Of a stretch of DNA of 64,000 nt, positions 55,995-64,000 are shown piece after piece (position 1 is the first letter of the stretch; every line of letters begins with the position of its first letter). The DNA is from Candidatus Tepidifontimicrobium thermophilum (GTDB lineage: Bacteria; Sysuimicrobiota; Sysuimicrobiia; Sysuimicrobiales; Sysuimicrobiaceae), in contig JAVKHO010000001.1 of the NCBI GenBank assembly GCA_031459915.1, positions 187,117 to 251,116 of the forward strand. Direction: 5' to 3'. Position numbers and translations under genes: made by a program. The notes under the pieces are model-generated. The model was given only the letters and a program-made list of their open reading frames with translations, did no database searches and had not been told where the DNA came from.

Positions 55995-57761
55995 ATGGAG
56001 ACCAAGGAGCGGGCGGCGCTGCCTGGCGGGGGGTTTTTGGTGGCGCGCACCAGCCCCGAGGACGTGTTCACGCCGGAGGACCTGGACGAGTCCCACCGTA
56101 TGGTCCGCAAGGCGGCCGCGGACTTCATGGAACGGGAGGTACTGCCCCGCGACGCCCAGCTGGAGAAGCAGGACTGGGAACTGACCCGGTCCCTGCTGCG
56201 CAAGCTGGGCGAGCTAGGGTTTCTGGCCCCGGATCTGCCGGAGGAATACGGGGGCGGCGGTATGGACAGCCTCACGTCCCTGGTACTGGCGGAGGAGCTG
56301 TCCGGTTCGTCGTTCTCCGTAAGCTACGGCGGCCACGTGGGCATCGGCACGCTGCCCATCGCGTTCTTCGGCAACGAGGACCAGAAACGTCGGTACCTGC
56401 CCGCCATGGCCCGGGGGGAGAAGATCGGGGCGTACGCCCTGACGGAGCCCACCGCGGGCTCAGACGCCCTGTCCATCCGGACCCGGGCCACCCTGAGCCC
56501 CGACGGCCGGTTCTACCTGCTGTCGGGCCAGAAGCAGTTCATCACCAACGCCGCCTTCGCGGACGTGTTCACCGTGTACGCGAAGGTGGACGGGGAGCAC
56601 TTCACCGCCTTCATCGTGGACCGTGACACCGAGGGGCTCAGCCTCGGCGACGAGGAGCACAAGCTGGGGGTGAAGGGCTCGTCCACCCGCAGCGTGTTCC
56701 TGGAGAACGCCAAAGTGCCGGTGGAGAACCTGCTGGGGGAGGTGGGGAAGGGTCACCGCATCGCCTTCAACATCCTGAACCTGGGACGGTTCAAGATCGG
56801 TGCCGCGTGCCTGGGGGCAGGGAAGAAAGCCCTCCGGCACGCAGTGGCCTACGCCCGGGAGCGCCGGCAGTTCGGAAAGCCCATCGCGGAGTTCGGCCTG
56901 ATCCGCCAGAAGCTGGCCCGGATGGCCGCCGGGCTGTACGCGGTGGAGAGCATGGTCTACCGTACCGGCGGCCTGGTGGAGGCGGCCGTAGGCGGCATCC
57001 GGACGGGCCAGGAGGTCCTGCGGGCCCTGGAGGAGTACGCCATCGAGTCGTCCATGAACAAGGTGTTCGCCACCGAGATGCTGGACTTCGTGGTGGACGA
57101 GGTGCTGCAGATCTACGGGGGCTACGGCTACATCGAAGAGTACCCCGCGGCCCGAGGGTACCGGGACGCGCGGATCAACCGCATCTGGGAGGGCACCAAC
57201 GAGATCAACCGGCTGCTGATCGTGGACATGCTCACCAAGCGCGCCCTGCGGGGCCGGCTGGACCTCATGACCGCTATCCAGCGGGTCGCCGGGGAACTCA
57301 CCGCCGCGGCCTCGGACGCAGAACTCCCCGAGGGCCCGCTGGGGGAGGAGGCGCGCCTGGTGGAGGGCATGCGCAAGGCGACGCTCCTCGTGGCGGGCGT
57401 GGCGGTGCAGAAGCAGCTGGACCGGCTGGAGGAGTTGCAGGAGGTCCTGGGCTGGATCGCGGACCTCGCCACCGAGGTGTTCGCCGCGGAGAGCGCCGTC
57501 CTGCGGGCCCAGAAGGCGGCGGCACGGCAGGACCCGAAAGCCGCTCTGCTGGCGGCCCTCACCCGGGCCTACGTGTACGAGGGCCTGCCCCGCGTGGAGT
57601 CCGCAGCACGGCACGCGCTGGCGGCGGTGGACGAGGGCGACAGCCTGCGCACGGAGCTGGCGGGCCTGCGCCGCTTTTTGCGCTACACCCCGGCCAACCT
57701 GGTGGCCCTGCAGCGGGCGGTGGCAGACGCGGTGACGCAGGTGGGAGGCTACCCCGTGTAG
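55995..57761 (+). CDS. Acyl-CoA dehydrogenase (FadE/YusJ-like)
   Basis: YALTEP.AGSD, KQFITN, RRQFGKPI, QIYGGYG, RIWEGTNEI. Confidence 0.93.
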   Translation: METKERAALPGGGFLVARTSPEDVFTPEDLDESHRMVRKAAADFMEREVLPRDAQLEKQDWELTRSLLRKLGELGFLAPDLPEEYGGGGMDSLTSLVLAEELSGSSFSVSYGGHVGIGTLPIAFFGNEDQKRRYLPAMARGEKIGAYALTEPTAGSDALSIRTRATLSPDGRFYLLSGQKQFITNAAFADVFTVYAKVDGEHFTAFIVDRDTEGLSLGDEEHKLGVKGSSTRSVFLENAKVPVENLLGEVGKGHRIAFNILNLGRFKIGAACLGAGKKALRHAVAYARERRQFGKPIAEFGLIRQKLARMAAGLYAVESMVYRTGGLVEAAVGGIRTGQEVLRALEEYAIESSMNKVFATEMLDFVVDEVLQIYGGYGYIEEYPAARGYRDARINRIWEGTNEINRLLIVDMLTKRALRGRLDLMTAIQRVAGELTAAASDAELPEGPLGEEARLVEGMRKATLLVAGVAVQKQLDRLEELQEVLGWIADLATEVFAAESAVLRAQKAAARQDPKAALLAALTRAYVYEGLPRVESAARHALAAVDEGDSLRTELAGLRRFLRYTPANLVALQRAVADAVTQVGGYPV

Positions 57762-57785
57762 CGCGGCGGGGAAGGGGGGTGGAGG

Positions 57786-59465
57786 ATGAGCGAGGTCCGG
57801 GTGGAGCGGCCCTGGCTGCGTCACTACGACCCCGGGGTGCCCAGGCACCTCGAGGTCCCGGACATCCGGGTGGACGAGATCGTGCGGCGGGCGGCGAGCA
57901 CCTACGGGAGCCGCGCCGCCCTGGTGTTCTTCGGGCGCAGGATCTCCTTCGCGGAGCTGGATCGCCTCGTGGATCGGTTCGCCGCGGGCCTGCAGCGGCT
58001 CGGAGTGGGCAGGGGCACGGCCGTGTCCCTGCACTTGCCCAACTGCCCGCAGTTCGTGGTGGCCTACTACGGGATCCTGCGGGCCGGTGGGGTGGTCGTC
58101 CCCCACAACCCCCTGTACACGGAGCCCGAGGTCGCCCACCAGCTCCTGGACAGCGGCGCGGAGGTGGCCGTCACCCTGACCCTGTTCTACCCGCGGGTGG
58201 CCGCCGCGGCGCGCCAGGCGCGCGTCCGGGAGGTGGTGTTCACCGCCCTGCACGAGTTCATGGGACCGGTTGCGCGCCTGGTGTACCCGCTCAAGGCGAG
58301 GCGGGAGGGACAGTGGGTGGACGTCCGGCCGGAGCCGGGTGTGCGGCCCTTCGGGGAGCTGCTGCGCGAAGGGGCCCCGCAGCCCGTGCCGGTGAGCCCG
58401 GAGGACCCTGCTGCGTACCTGTACACGGGTGGGACCACGGGCGTGCCCAAGGCTGCGGTCCTTACCCACCGCAACCTGGTGGCCAACCTGCTCCAGGCAG
58501 CCAGCTGGGACCCGCAGCTGCGGCCGGGCCAGGAGGTGGCGCTGGCGGCGCTGCCGCTGTTCCACAGCTACGGGATGACGTCGGTGCTGAACTTCTCCAT
58601 GTGGCTGGGGGCCACGGTGGTCCTGGTCCCCCGCTTCGACCCCAAGCTGGTGCTGGACGCGGTGCGGCGTCACCGGCCGACCTTGTTCCACGGCGTCCCC
58701 ACCATGTACATCGCGCTGCTGAACACGCCGGAGCTGAAACGGGTGAGCTTCCGGTCCGTGCGGGCAGGCATCAGCGGTGCCATGGGGCTGCCGCGGGAGG
58801 TCCAGCGGCAGTGGGAAGCCGTGACGGGCGGACGGCTGGTGGAGGGTTACGGACTCACCGAGGCCTCCCCCGTGACCCACTGCAACCCCCTGTACGGGGT
58901 ACGCAAGGAGGGCAGCATCGGCATCCCGGTGCCGGACACCGACGCCCGCGTGGTGGACCCGGAGACCGGAGCTCCGCTGCCGCCGGGGGAGGTGGGGGAG
59001 CTGGAGGTCCGGGGACCGCAGGTCATGCGCGGGTACCTGAACCGGCCCGACGAAACCGCCCAGGTGCTGCACGACGGGTGGCTCCGTACCGGCGACATGG
59101 CCCGCATGGACGAGGACGGCTTCTTCTACATCGTGGACCGCAAAAAGGAGATGATCAACGTGGGCGGCCTGAAGGTCTTCCCGCGGGAGGTGGAGGAGGT
59201 GCTTTACCGGCACCCCGCGGTGCGCGAGGCGGCCGCCATCGGAGTCCCGGATCCCGTCCGGGGCGAGGTGGTGAAGGCCTTCGTGGCCCTCAAGGAAGGG
59301 CAGCACGCCACCGAGCACGAGCTGGTGGAGTTCTGCCGGCAGCACCTAGCCCCCCACAAGGTCCCCCGCGCGGTGGAGGTGCGGCCGCAGCTCCCGAAGA
59401 CCCTCATCGGCAAGGTGCTGCGGCGGGCCCTGGCGGAGGAGGAGCGAGCCCGGGCGGGGGTCTGA
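57786..59465 (+). CDS. Long-chain fatty acid-CoA ligase
   Basis: YTGGTTGVPK, EGYGLTE, TGD, DRKKEMI, GKVLRR. Confidence 0.93.
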   Translation: MSEVRVERPWLRHYDPGVPRHLEVPDIRVDEIVRRAASTYGSRAALVFFGRRISFAELDRLVDRFAAGLQRLGVGRGTAVSLHLPNCPQFVVAYYGILRAGGVVVPHNPLYTEPEVAHQLLDSGAEVAVTLTLFYPRVAAAARQARVREVVFTALHEFMGPVARLVYPLKARREGQWVDVRPEPGVRPFGELLREGAPQPVPVSPEDPAAYLYTGGTTGVPKAAVLTHRNLVANLLQAASWDPQLRPGQEVALAALPLFHSYGMTSVLNFSMWLGATVVLVPRFDPKLVLDAVRRHRPTLFHGVPTMYIALLNTPELKRVSFRSVRAGISGAMGLPREVQRQWEAVTGGRLVEGYGLTEASPVTHCNPLYGVRKEGSIGIPVPDTDARVVDPETGAPLPPGEVGELEVRGPQVMRGYLNRPDETAQVLHDGWLRTGDMARMDEDGFFYIVDRKKEMINVGGLKVFPREVEEVLYRHPAVREAAAIGVPDPVRGEVVKAFVALKEGQHATEHELVEFCRQHLAPHKVPRAVEVRPQLPKTLIGKVLRRALAEEERARAGV

Positions 59466-59527
59466 CCGCACCCGGCCGATCCAGGACAGCCCTACCCGGC
59501 CGGGTGTACCCTGCTGGAGGTCCCGCC

Positions 59528-61255
59528 ATGGGCAGTCGCAGGTTCTGGAGCTTCATCCGGCGCCACCTCCGGGCGTACCTGCTGGGGTACGCGGCGGCGC
59601 TGTGCGCGGTGGCCGCGGCGCAGGTCGCCCCGTGGGTCCTGAGGGCGGCGGTGGACCGCGTGCAGCGGGGGGCTCCGGGGGTGGAGGTCTTCGCCGTGGC
59701 GCTGCTGGGGCTGGCCCTGGGGGAGGCGGCGTTCAGCTACGCCATGCGGTGGCAGATCCTGGGGGCGGCGTTCCACATCGAGGCGGAGCTCCGGGACGCG
59801 CTGTTCGCACATCTGCAGGGGCTGGACGCGAGCTTCTTCCACCGCTGGCGTACTGGTGACCTCTTGGCCCGCGCGGTGAGTGACGTGCGGGCAGTGCAGC
59901 GGTTCGCCGGCGTGGGGCTGATGCGCTCCTTTCACACCGTGGTGATGGTGGCCAGCTCGGTGGCGTTCATGCTGGCCACCAGCCCGCGCCTCACTGCGGT
60001 CACCATGGCCATCCTCCCCGCGGCCACGGTGCTGTTCGTGGCTCTGGGGCGGCGCATCCACCGGCGTTTCGAAGTGGTGCAGGAGCGCTTCAGCGACCTG
60101 TCGGTGCTGAGCCAGGAGAACTTCAGCGGCATCCGGGTGGTGAAGGCCTACGCCCGAGAAGCCGCGGAGGTCCGACGCTTCCGCGCGGCGGTGGAGGATC
60201 TCGCGGCGGCCCAGGTGCGCCTGGCGCGGGTCCAGGGAGCCCTGTGGCCCGCAGTGGGCCTAGTGCTGGGTACCGCGGCGGTGGCCCTGCTGTGGGAGGG
60301 CGGGCGGTTGGTGGCCTCCGGCGAGCTGACCCTCGGGCAGCTGGTGCAGTTCTCGTACTACCTGGCGCGGTTGAGCTTCCCCATGGTCGCCGCGGGTTGG
60401 GTGCTGAACCTGTGGCAGCAGGGTCGAGCGTCCATGGCCCGGCTGGAGGAGGTGTTCCGGGCGAAGCCGCGGGTGCAGGACCCGCCAGCGCCCGTGGTCC
60501 TGCCTGCGGTCCGCGGAGACCTACAGTTCTCGGGGGTGTGGTTCGGGTACGACGGCCGAGCCGTGCTCCGCGGCGTGGACCTCCACATCCCCGCGGGCCG
60601 GACGGTGGCCTTGGTCGGCCCCACAGGGGCGGGTAAGACGACCCTGGTGAGCCTGGTGCCCCGGCTGTTCGACCCGACCCAGGGGAGCGTGCGGCTGGAC
60701 GGGGTGGATTTGCGGGAGCTGCCGCTTCGCACCGTGCGCGGCGCGGTGGGCTTCGTCTCCCAGGACCCCTTCCTGTTCAGCGACACCCTTTACGCCAACG
60801 TGGCCCTGGGGAGTGAGGACGACCGCCGGGTGCGGGAAGCGTTCCGGATGGCACGGCTGGCCAAGGACCTGGACCAGCTGCCGGGCGGCCACCACGTCCT
60901 CGTGGGGGAGCGGGGGGTCACCCTTTCGGGCGGGCAGCGGCAGCGGGCAGCCCTGGCACGGGCCCTGGCCCGGGACCCGCGGATTCTGATCCTGGACGAC
61001 GCCTTGAGCAGCGTGGACGCGCAGACGGAGGCCGAGATCCTGGCGGAGCTCCGCTCAGTGCTGCGCTCCCGAACGGCCATCGTGATCACCCACCGGCTGG
61101 CGGCCCTGGAGGAGGTGGACTGGATCGTGGTCCTGGACGCCGGGCGGGTGGTGGAGGAGGGCACACACCGGGACCTCCTCCGAAACGGCGGGCTGTACGC
61201 CGAGCTGTACGAGCAGCAACGCCTGCGGGAGGCTCTCGAGCTAGAGGCGCCGTGA
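59528..61255 (+). CDS. Heterodimeric multidrug-type ABC exporter subunit (TMD+NBD)
   Basis: GPTGAGKT, LSGGQRQR, LDDALS (non-canonical catalytic residue); ATG 59528 after GGAGG. Confidence 0.92.
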   Translation: MGSRRFWSFIRRHLRAYLLGYAAALCAVAAAQVAPWVLRAAVDRVQRGAPGVEVFAVALLGLALGEAAFSYAMRWQILGAAFHIEAELRDALFAHLQGLDASFFHRWRTGDLLARAVSDVRAVQRFAGVGLMRSFHTVVMVASSVAFMLATSPRLTAVTMAILPAATVLFVALGRRIHRRFEVVQERFSDLSVLSQENFSGIRVVKAYAREAAEVRRFRAAVEDLAAAQVRLARVQGALWPAVGLVLGTAAVALLWEGGRLVASGELTLGQLVQFSYYLARLSFPMVAAGWVLNLWQQGRASMARLEEVFRAKPRVQDPPAPVVLPAVRGDLQFSGVWFGYDGRAVLRGVDLHIPAGRTVALVGPTGAGKTTLVSLVPRLFDPTQGSVRLDGVDLRELPLRTVRGAVGFVSQDPFLFSDTLYANVALGSEDDRRVREAFRMARLAKDLDQLPGGHHVLVGERGVTLSGGQRQRAALARALARDPRILILDDALSSVDAQTEAEILAELRSVLRSRTAIVITHRLAALEEVDWIVVLDAGRVVEEGTHRDLLRNGGLYAELYEQQRLREALELEAP

Positions 61256-63090
61256 CGACCCAGCCCTACGAGGAGGAGGCGGTCGGCGGACTCGACCGCC
61301 GGACGGCAGCCCGGCTGCTGGCTTACGTGCGCCCCTACCGGCTCCGGGTGCTGGCGGCGGTGGGATTGTTGCTGGTGGCCTCGGCCACGGAACTGGCCGG
61401 TCCCCAGCTGTACCGTATCGCCATCGACCGGTACATCGCCCCCCGGGCGGGCGCTCCGGACGTGTGGGGGCTTTCCTGGGTGGCCGCGGTGTACCTGCTG
61501 GTGCTCGGGCTGGGGTTTTCTGCCCGCTGGACCCAGAACGTGCTGATGCAGGCCGTCGGCCAGCAGGCCATGGCGGACCTGCGCACGGACCTGTTCGGGC
61601 ACCTGCAGCGCCTGCCCGTGGCCTTCTTCCACCGGAATCCCGTGGGCCGACTGGTGACCCGGGTCACGCACGACGTGGACAGCCTGAACGAGCTGCTCAC
61701 CTCTGGCCTGGTGGCGGTGTTCGGGGACCTGGTGACTCTGGTGGGGATCGTGGCGGCCATGCTGTGGCTGGACTGGCGGCTGGCGCTGGTGGTGCTGGCG
61801 GTCCTGCCTCTGGTGTACGGGGTCACCGAGCAGTTCCGGGTACGGGCCCTGGAAGCGTACCGGGCGGTCCGGGTGCGCCTGGCACGGCTGAACGCGTACC
61901 TGAACGAGCAGATCACGGGGATGTCGGTGGTACAGGTGTTCAACCAGGAGGAGCGGGCGCGGGCGCGCTTCCGGGACCTGAACGAGGACTACCTGCGCGC
62001 CAACCTGGCCTCGTTGTCCAACATGGCCCGGTTCTTCCCCGCAGTGCAGGTCATGGGGACGCTGGCGGTGGCCCTGCTCCTGTGGGTGGGCGGAGGCCGT
62101 GCGGTGCAGGGCTGGGTGACCCTGGGGGTCCTGGTGGCCATGATCCAGTACGCGGAAAGGCTGTTCGACCCCATCCGGGAACTGGCGGAGAAGTTCAACC
62201 TCCTGCAGCAGGCCATGGCCAGCAGCGAGCGGATCTTCCGGCTGCTGGACGAGCCCGTGACCCTGCAGGACCCGGCCGAGCCGCTCCCCCTCCAGCGGGT
62301 GCGGGGCACGGTGGAGTTCCAGGGCGTGTGGTTCGCCTACGACGCCGCGGGGGCAGAACGGGACGGCGTCGGGTGGGCGCTGCGGGGCGTGTCCTTCCGG
62401 GTGGAGGCCGGCGAGCGGGTTGCCCTGGTGGGGCCCACGGGCGCAGGGAAGAGTTCCGTGGTGCAGCTGCTGTGCCGGTTCTACGACCCGCAGCGGGGCC
62501 GGGTGCTGCTGGACGGCGTGGACGTGCGCGCGTTCCGCCAGCAGGACCTCCGGCGGCACGTGGGGCTGGTGCTGCAGGACGTGTTCCTGTTCTCGGGTAC
62601 GATCCTGGACAACCTCCGCCTGTGGGATCCCCAGATCCCCATGGAGCGGGTCCGGGAGGCCGCGCGGCGCGCGGGCGCGGAGGGCTTCATCGAGCGCTTG
62701 CCCCAGGGCTACCACACCCAGGTGGGCGAGCGGGGCGTGCGGCTGTCCGCGGGCCAGCGGCAGCTCATCGCCCTGGCCCGGGCCCTCGTGCACGACCCCC
62801 AGGTCCTGGTGATCCTGGACGAGGCCACCAGCAGCGTGGACGCAGAGACCGAGCAGCAGGTGCTGGAGGCCCTGCGGGGCGCGCTGCGAGGGCGGACCAC
62901 CATCGTGGTGGCGCACCGCCTGGCCACGGTGCAGGCCGTGGACCGGATCCTGGTCCTGCACCGGGGTCGTCTGGTGGAAGAAGGGACGCACCGCGAGCTG
63001 ATGGCCCGGGACGGCGTGTACGCGAAGCTATACCGGCTGCAGACGGGCCAGCGGCGCTGGACGAGGTCTGGAGCGGGAGGCGGAGGATGA
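61252..63090 (+). CDS. Heterodimeric multidrug-type ABC exporter subunit (TMD+NBD)
   Basis: GPTGAGKS, LSAGQRQ (degenerate signature), LDEATS, AHRL. Confidence 0.92.
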   Translation: MTTQPYEEEAVGGLDRRTAARLLAYVRPYRLRVLAAVGLLLVASATELAGPQLYRIAIDRYIAPRAGAPDVWGLSWVAAVYLLVLGLGFSARWTQNVLMQAVGQQAMADLRTDLFGHLQRLPVAFFHRNPVGRLVTRVTHDVDSLNELLTSGLVAVFGDLVTLVGIVAAMLWLDWRLALVVLAVLPLVYGVTEQFRVRALEAYRAVRVRLARLNAYLNEQITGMSVVQVFNQEERARARFRDLNEDYLRANLASLSNMARFFPAVQVMGTLAVALLLWVGGGRAVQGWVTLGVLVAMIQYAERLFDPIRELAEKFNLLQQAMASSERIFRLLDEPVTLQDPAEPLPLQRVRGTVEFQGVWFAYDAAGAERDGVGWALRGVSFRVEAGERVALVGPTGAGKSSVVQLLCRFYDPQRGRVLLDGVDVRAFRQQDLRRHVGLVLQDVFLFSGTILDNLRLWDPQIPMERVREAARRAGAEGFIERLPQGYHTQVGERGVRLSAGQRQLIALARALVHDPQVLVILDEATSSVDAETEQQVLEALRGALRGRTTIVVAHRLATVQAVDRILVLHRGRLVEEGTHRELMARDGVYAKLYRLQTGQRRWTRSGAGGGG

Positions 63091-63431
63091 GGGACGAAGG
63101 GCGCCTGATCGAAGAGCTCCGCGCCCTGGTGCGGGAGGCGGTCGCGGAGCGGCGGGGACTGGTGGCGTTCACCCGGCTTTCGGGGGCCGAGCTGGACCGC
63201 ATGGCCCGGGAGACTGAGCGCCGGGCCCTGGAGCGCTTAGCCTCGCGGCTGCCCGAGGACGGGAGGGTGGCCCCCCTCCCGGAGCTGGCGGAGGCCCTGC
63301 GGGCCATGAACCGGGAGCTGGAGGCCCTGGAGGCGCGGGAGGGACTCCGAACGGAGTCCCGTGCCCTGGCCCGGGACGAGGTCGTGTGGCAGACCTTCGA
63401 GCGGGTGGCGGCGCTGTTGGGCGTGCTGTAG
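63087..63431 (+). CDS. Hypothetical helical protein (114 aa)
   Basis: ATGA coupling with the ABC gene, GGAGG RBS. Confidence 0.7.
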   Translation: MRDEGRLIEELRALVREAVAERRGLVAFTRLSGAELDRMARETERRALERLASRLPEDGRVAPLPELAEALRAMNRELEALEAREGLRTESRALARDEVVWQTFERVAALLGVL

Positions 63432-63692
63432 GATCGGAGTCCACGAGGCCCTAGCGCGGAGGGCCTCCTGGAGCATCCCGCGGATCTCCCGGAGGTCTTC
63501 CCGGACTTGTGCCAGTCTGCCCTCCACCTGTGCGAACCGCGCGTCGACCTGTGCGAAGCGGGCGTTCATGTCGGACCGCAGGTCGTCGATGCGCCGGTGG
63601 ACGTCGTCGATCCGGCGGTTGTTGTACAGGCTCCCGGCTAGCACTGCCAGGACCACGGTTACCACGATGGTGGCCACCCGCTCCCACGCCAC
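63237..63692 (-). CDS. TM-anchored coiled-coil protein with heptad repeats
   Basis: N-terminal TM, RRIDD x2, ARFAQV x2 (21-bp period); 3' end uncertain because it overlaps the convergent gene. Confidence 0.65.
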   Translation of the reverse strand: MAWERVATIVVTVVLAVLAGSLYNNRRIDDVHRRIDDLRSDMNARFAQVDARFAQVEGRLAQVREDLREIRGMLQEALRARASWTPILQHAQQRRHPLEGLPHDLVPGQGTGLRSESLPRLQGLQLPVHGPQGLRQLREGGHPPVLGQPRG

Positions 63693-63771
63693 GGGGCCAT
63701 GGTAAGGTGGCGGGCGTCCGTCCGGCGACGCTGAGCGGTGGGGACCAGCCGGAGCGGTGGTAGGGTCCGGC

Positions 63772-64000
63772 TCAGCGGCGCCGGCGCCCGCCGCCGCGCT
63801 TGGCCTCGGTGTTGCGCTTGAGGTCCAGCAGGCGCTCCTCGCTCTGCCTCAGAAACGCCTTGAGCTTCTCCTCGAAGGTGGTGCGCTGTTTCTGGCGGTT
63901 GGCCCGCTCCTCCGGGGTCAGCGCCTGTTTCACCGACAGGTCCAGCTTCCCACGTTCGTTGAGGCCCAGGATCTTGACCCGGACGGTCTGTCCCTCCCGC
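63772..64000 (-). CDS. S1 domain RNA-binding protein (YabR/YugI-like), C-terminal part
   Basis: Hand translation REGQTVRVKILGLNERGKLDLSVKQA...FEEKLKAFLRQSEERLLDLKRNTEAKRGGG; continues past the window edge. Confidence 0.88.
   Translation of the reverse strand, partial: REGQTVRVKILGLNERGKLDLSVKQALTPEERANRQKQRTTFEEKLKAFLRQSEERLLDLKRNTEAKRGGGRRRR

Noticed and set aside
53108..59345. Very long antisense or alternate-frame ORFs (e.g. 53108..56275, 56460..59345, 19029..20957, 15273..17351)
   Set aside because: Shadow ORFs typical of high-GC DNA. They lie opposite well-supported genes and carry no recognisable motifs.
56807..59527. Long N-terminal extensions in the ORF track (1482-aa ABC, 1011-aa FadN, 914-aa kinase, 649-aa Ggs, 623-aa ferrochelatase)
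   Set aside because: The extensions are Gly/Arg/Pro-rich off-frame readings of upstream genes. Better internal starts exist, most with an RBS or stop-start coupling, so these are not true fusions.

Overview
A gene-dense, very GC-rich (about 70% by eye) bacterial chromosomal segment. I found no integrase, transposase, prophage, rRNA or CRISPR array. About 65 CDS and one tRNA-Gly(CCC) are supported. In order they are: a Mn/Zn ABC permease fused to a DtxR-type repressor; a polar amino-acid ABC operon; a glucosylglycerate-type compatible-solute cluster; glgA-galT; a glycolate utilisation block (TRAP, IclR, aceB, glcDEF, CitE-like lyase); a coproporphyrin-dependent heme operon (chdC, hemE, cpfC); prkA/yeaG-yeaH-spoVR; LysM-NlpC/P60 with murT-gatD; a glyoxalase-like cluster; an orphan histidine kinase; pxpA with an Ntn acylase; a TetR-led beta-oxidation operon; and a heterodimeric ABC exporter. 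The most interesting element is at 12508-15050 on the minus strand. An unannotated 28-aa signal-peptide-like ORF (MNKWGKLVLLLSTLASLLVSAGAFGKWG, strong RBS) is followed by a multi-TM HD-GYP phosphodiesterase and a DUF5317 membrane protein whose motifs resemble the aspartyl dyad of signal peptidase II. The peptide gene and sensor half are locally low in GC, and a second RBS-preceded mini-ORF (MNKWG) lies upstream. Together these suggest a peptide-signalling (quorum-sensing-like) system with c-di-GMP output. That interpretation is an inference and is untested. All family assignments come from motif recognition only; no database search was run.
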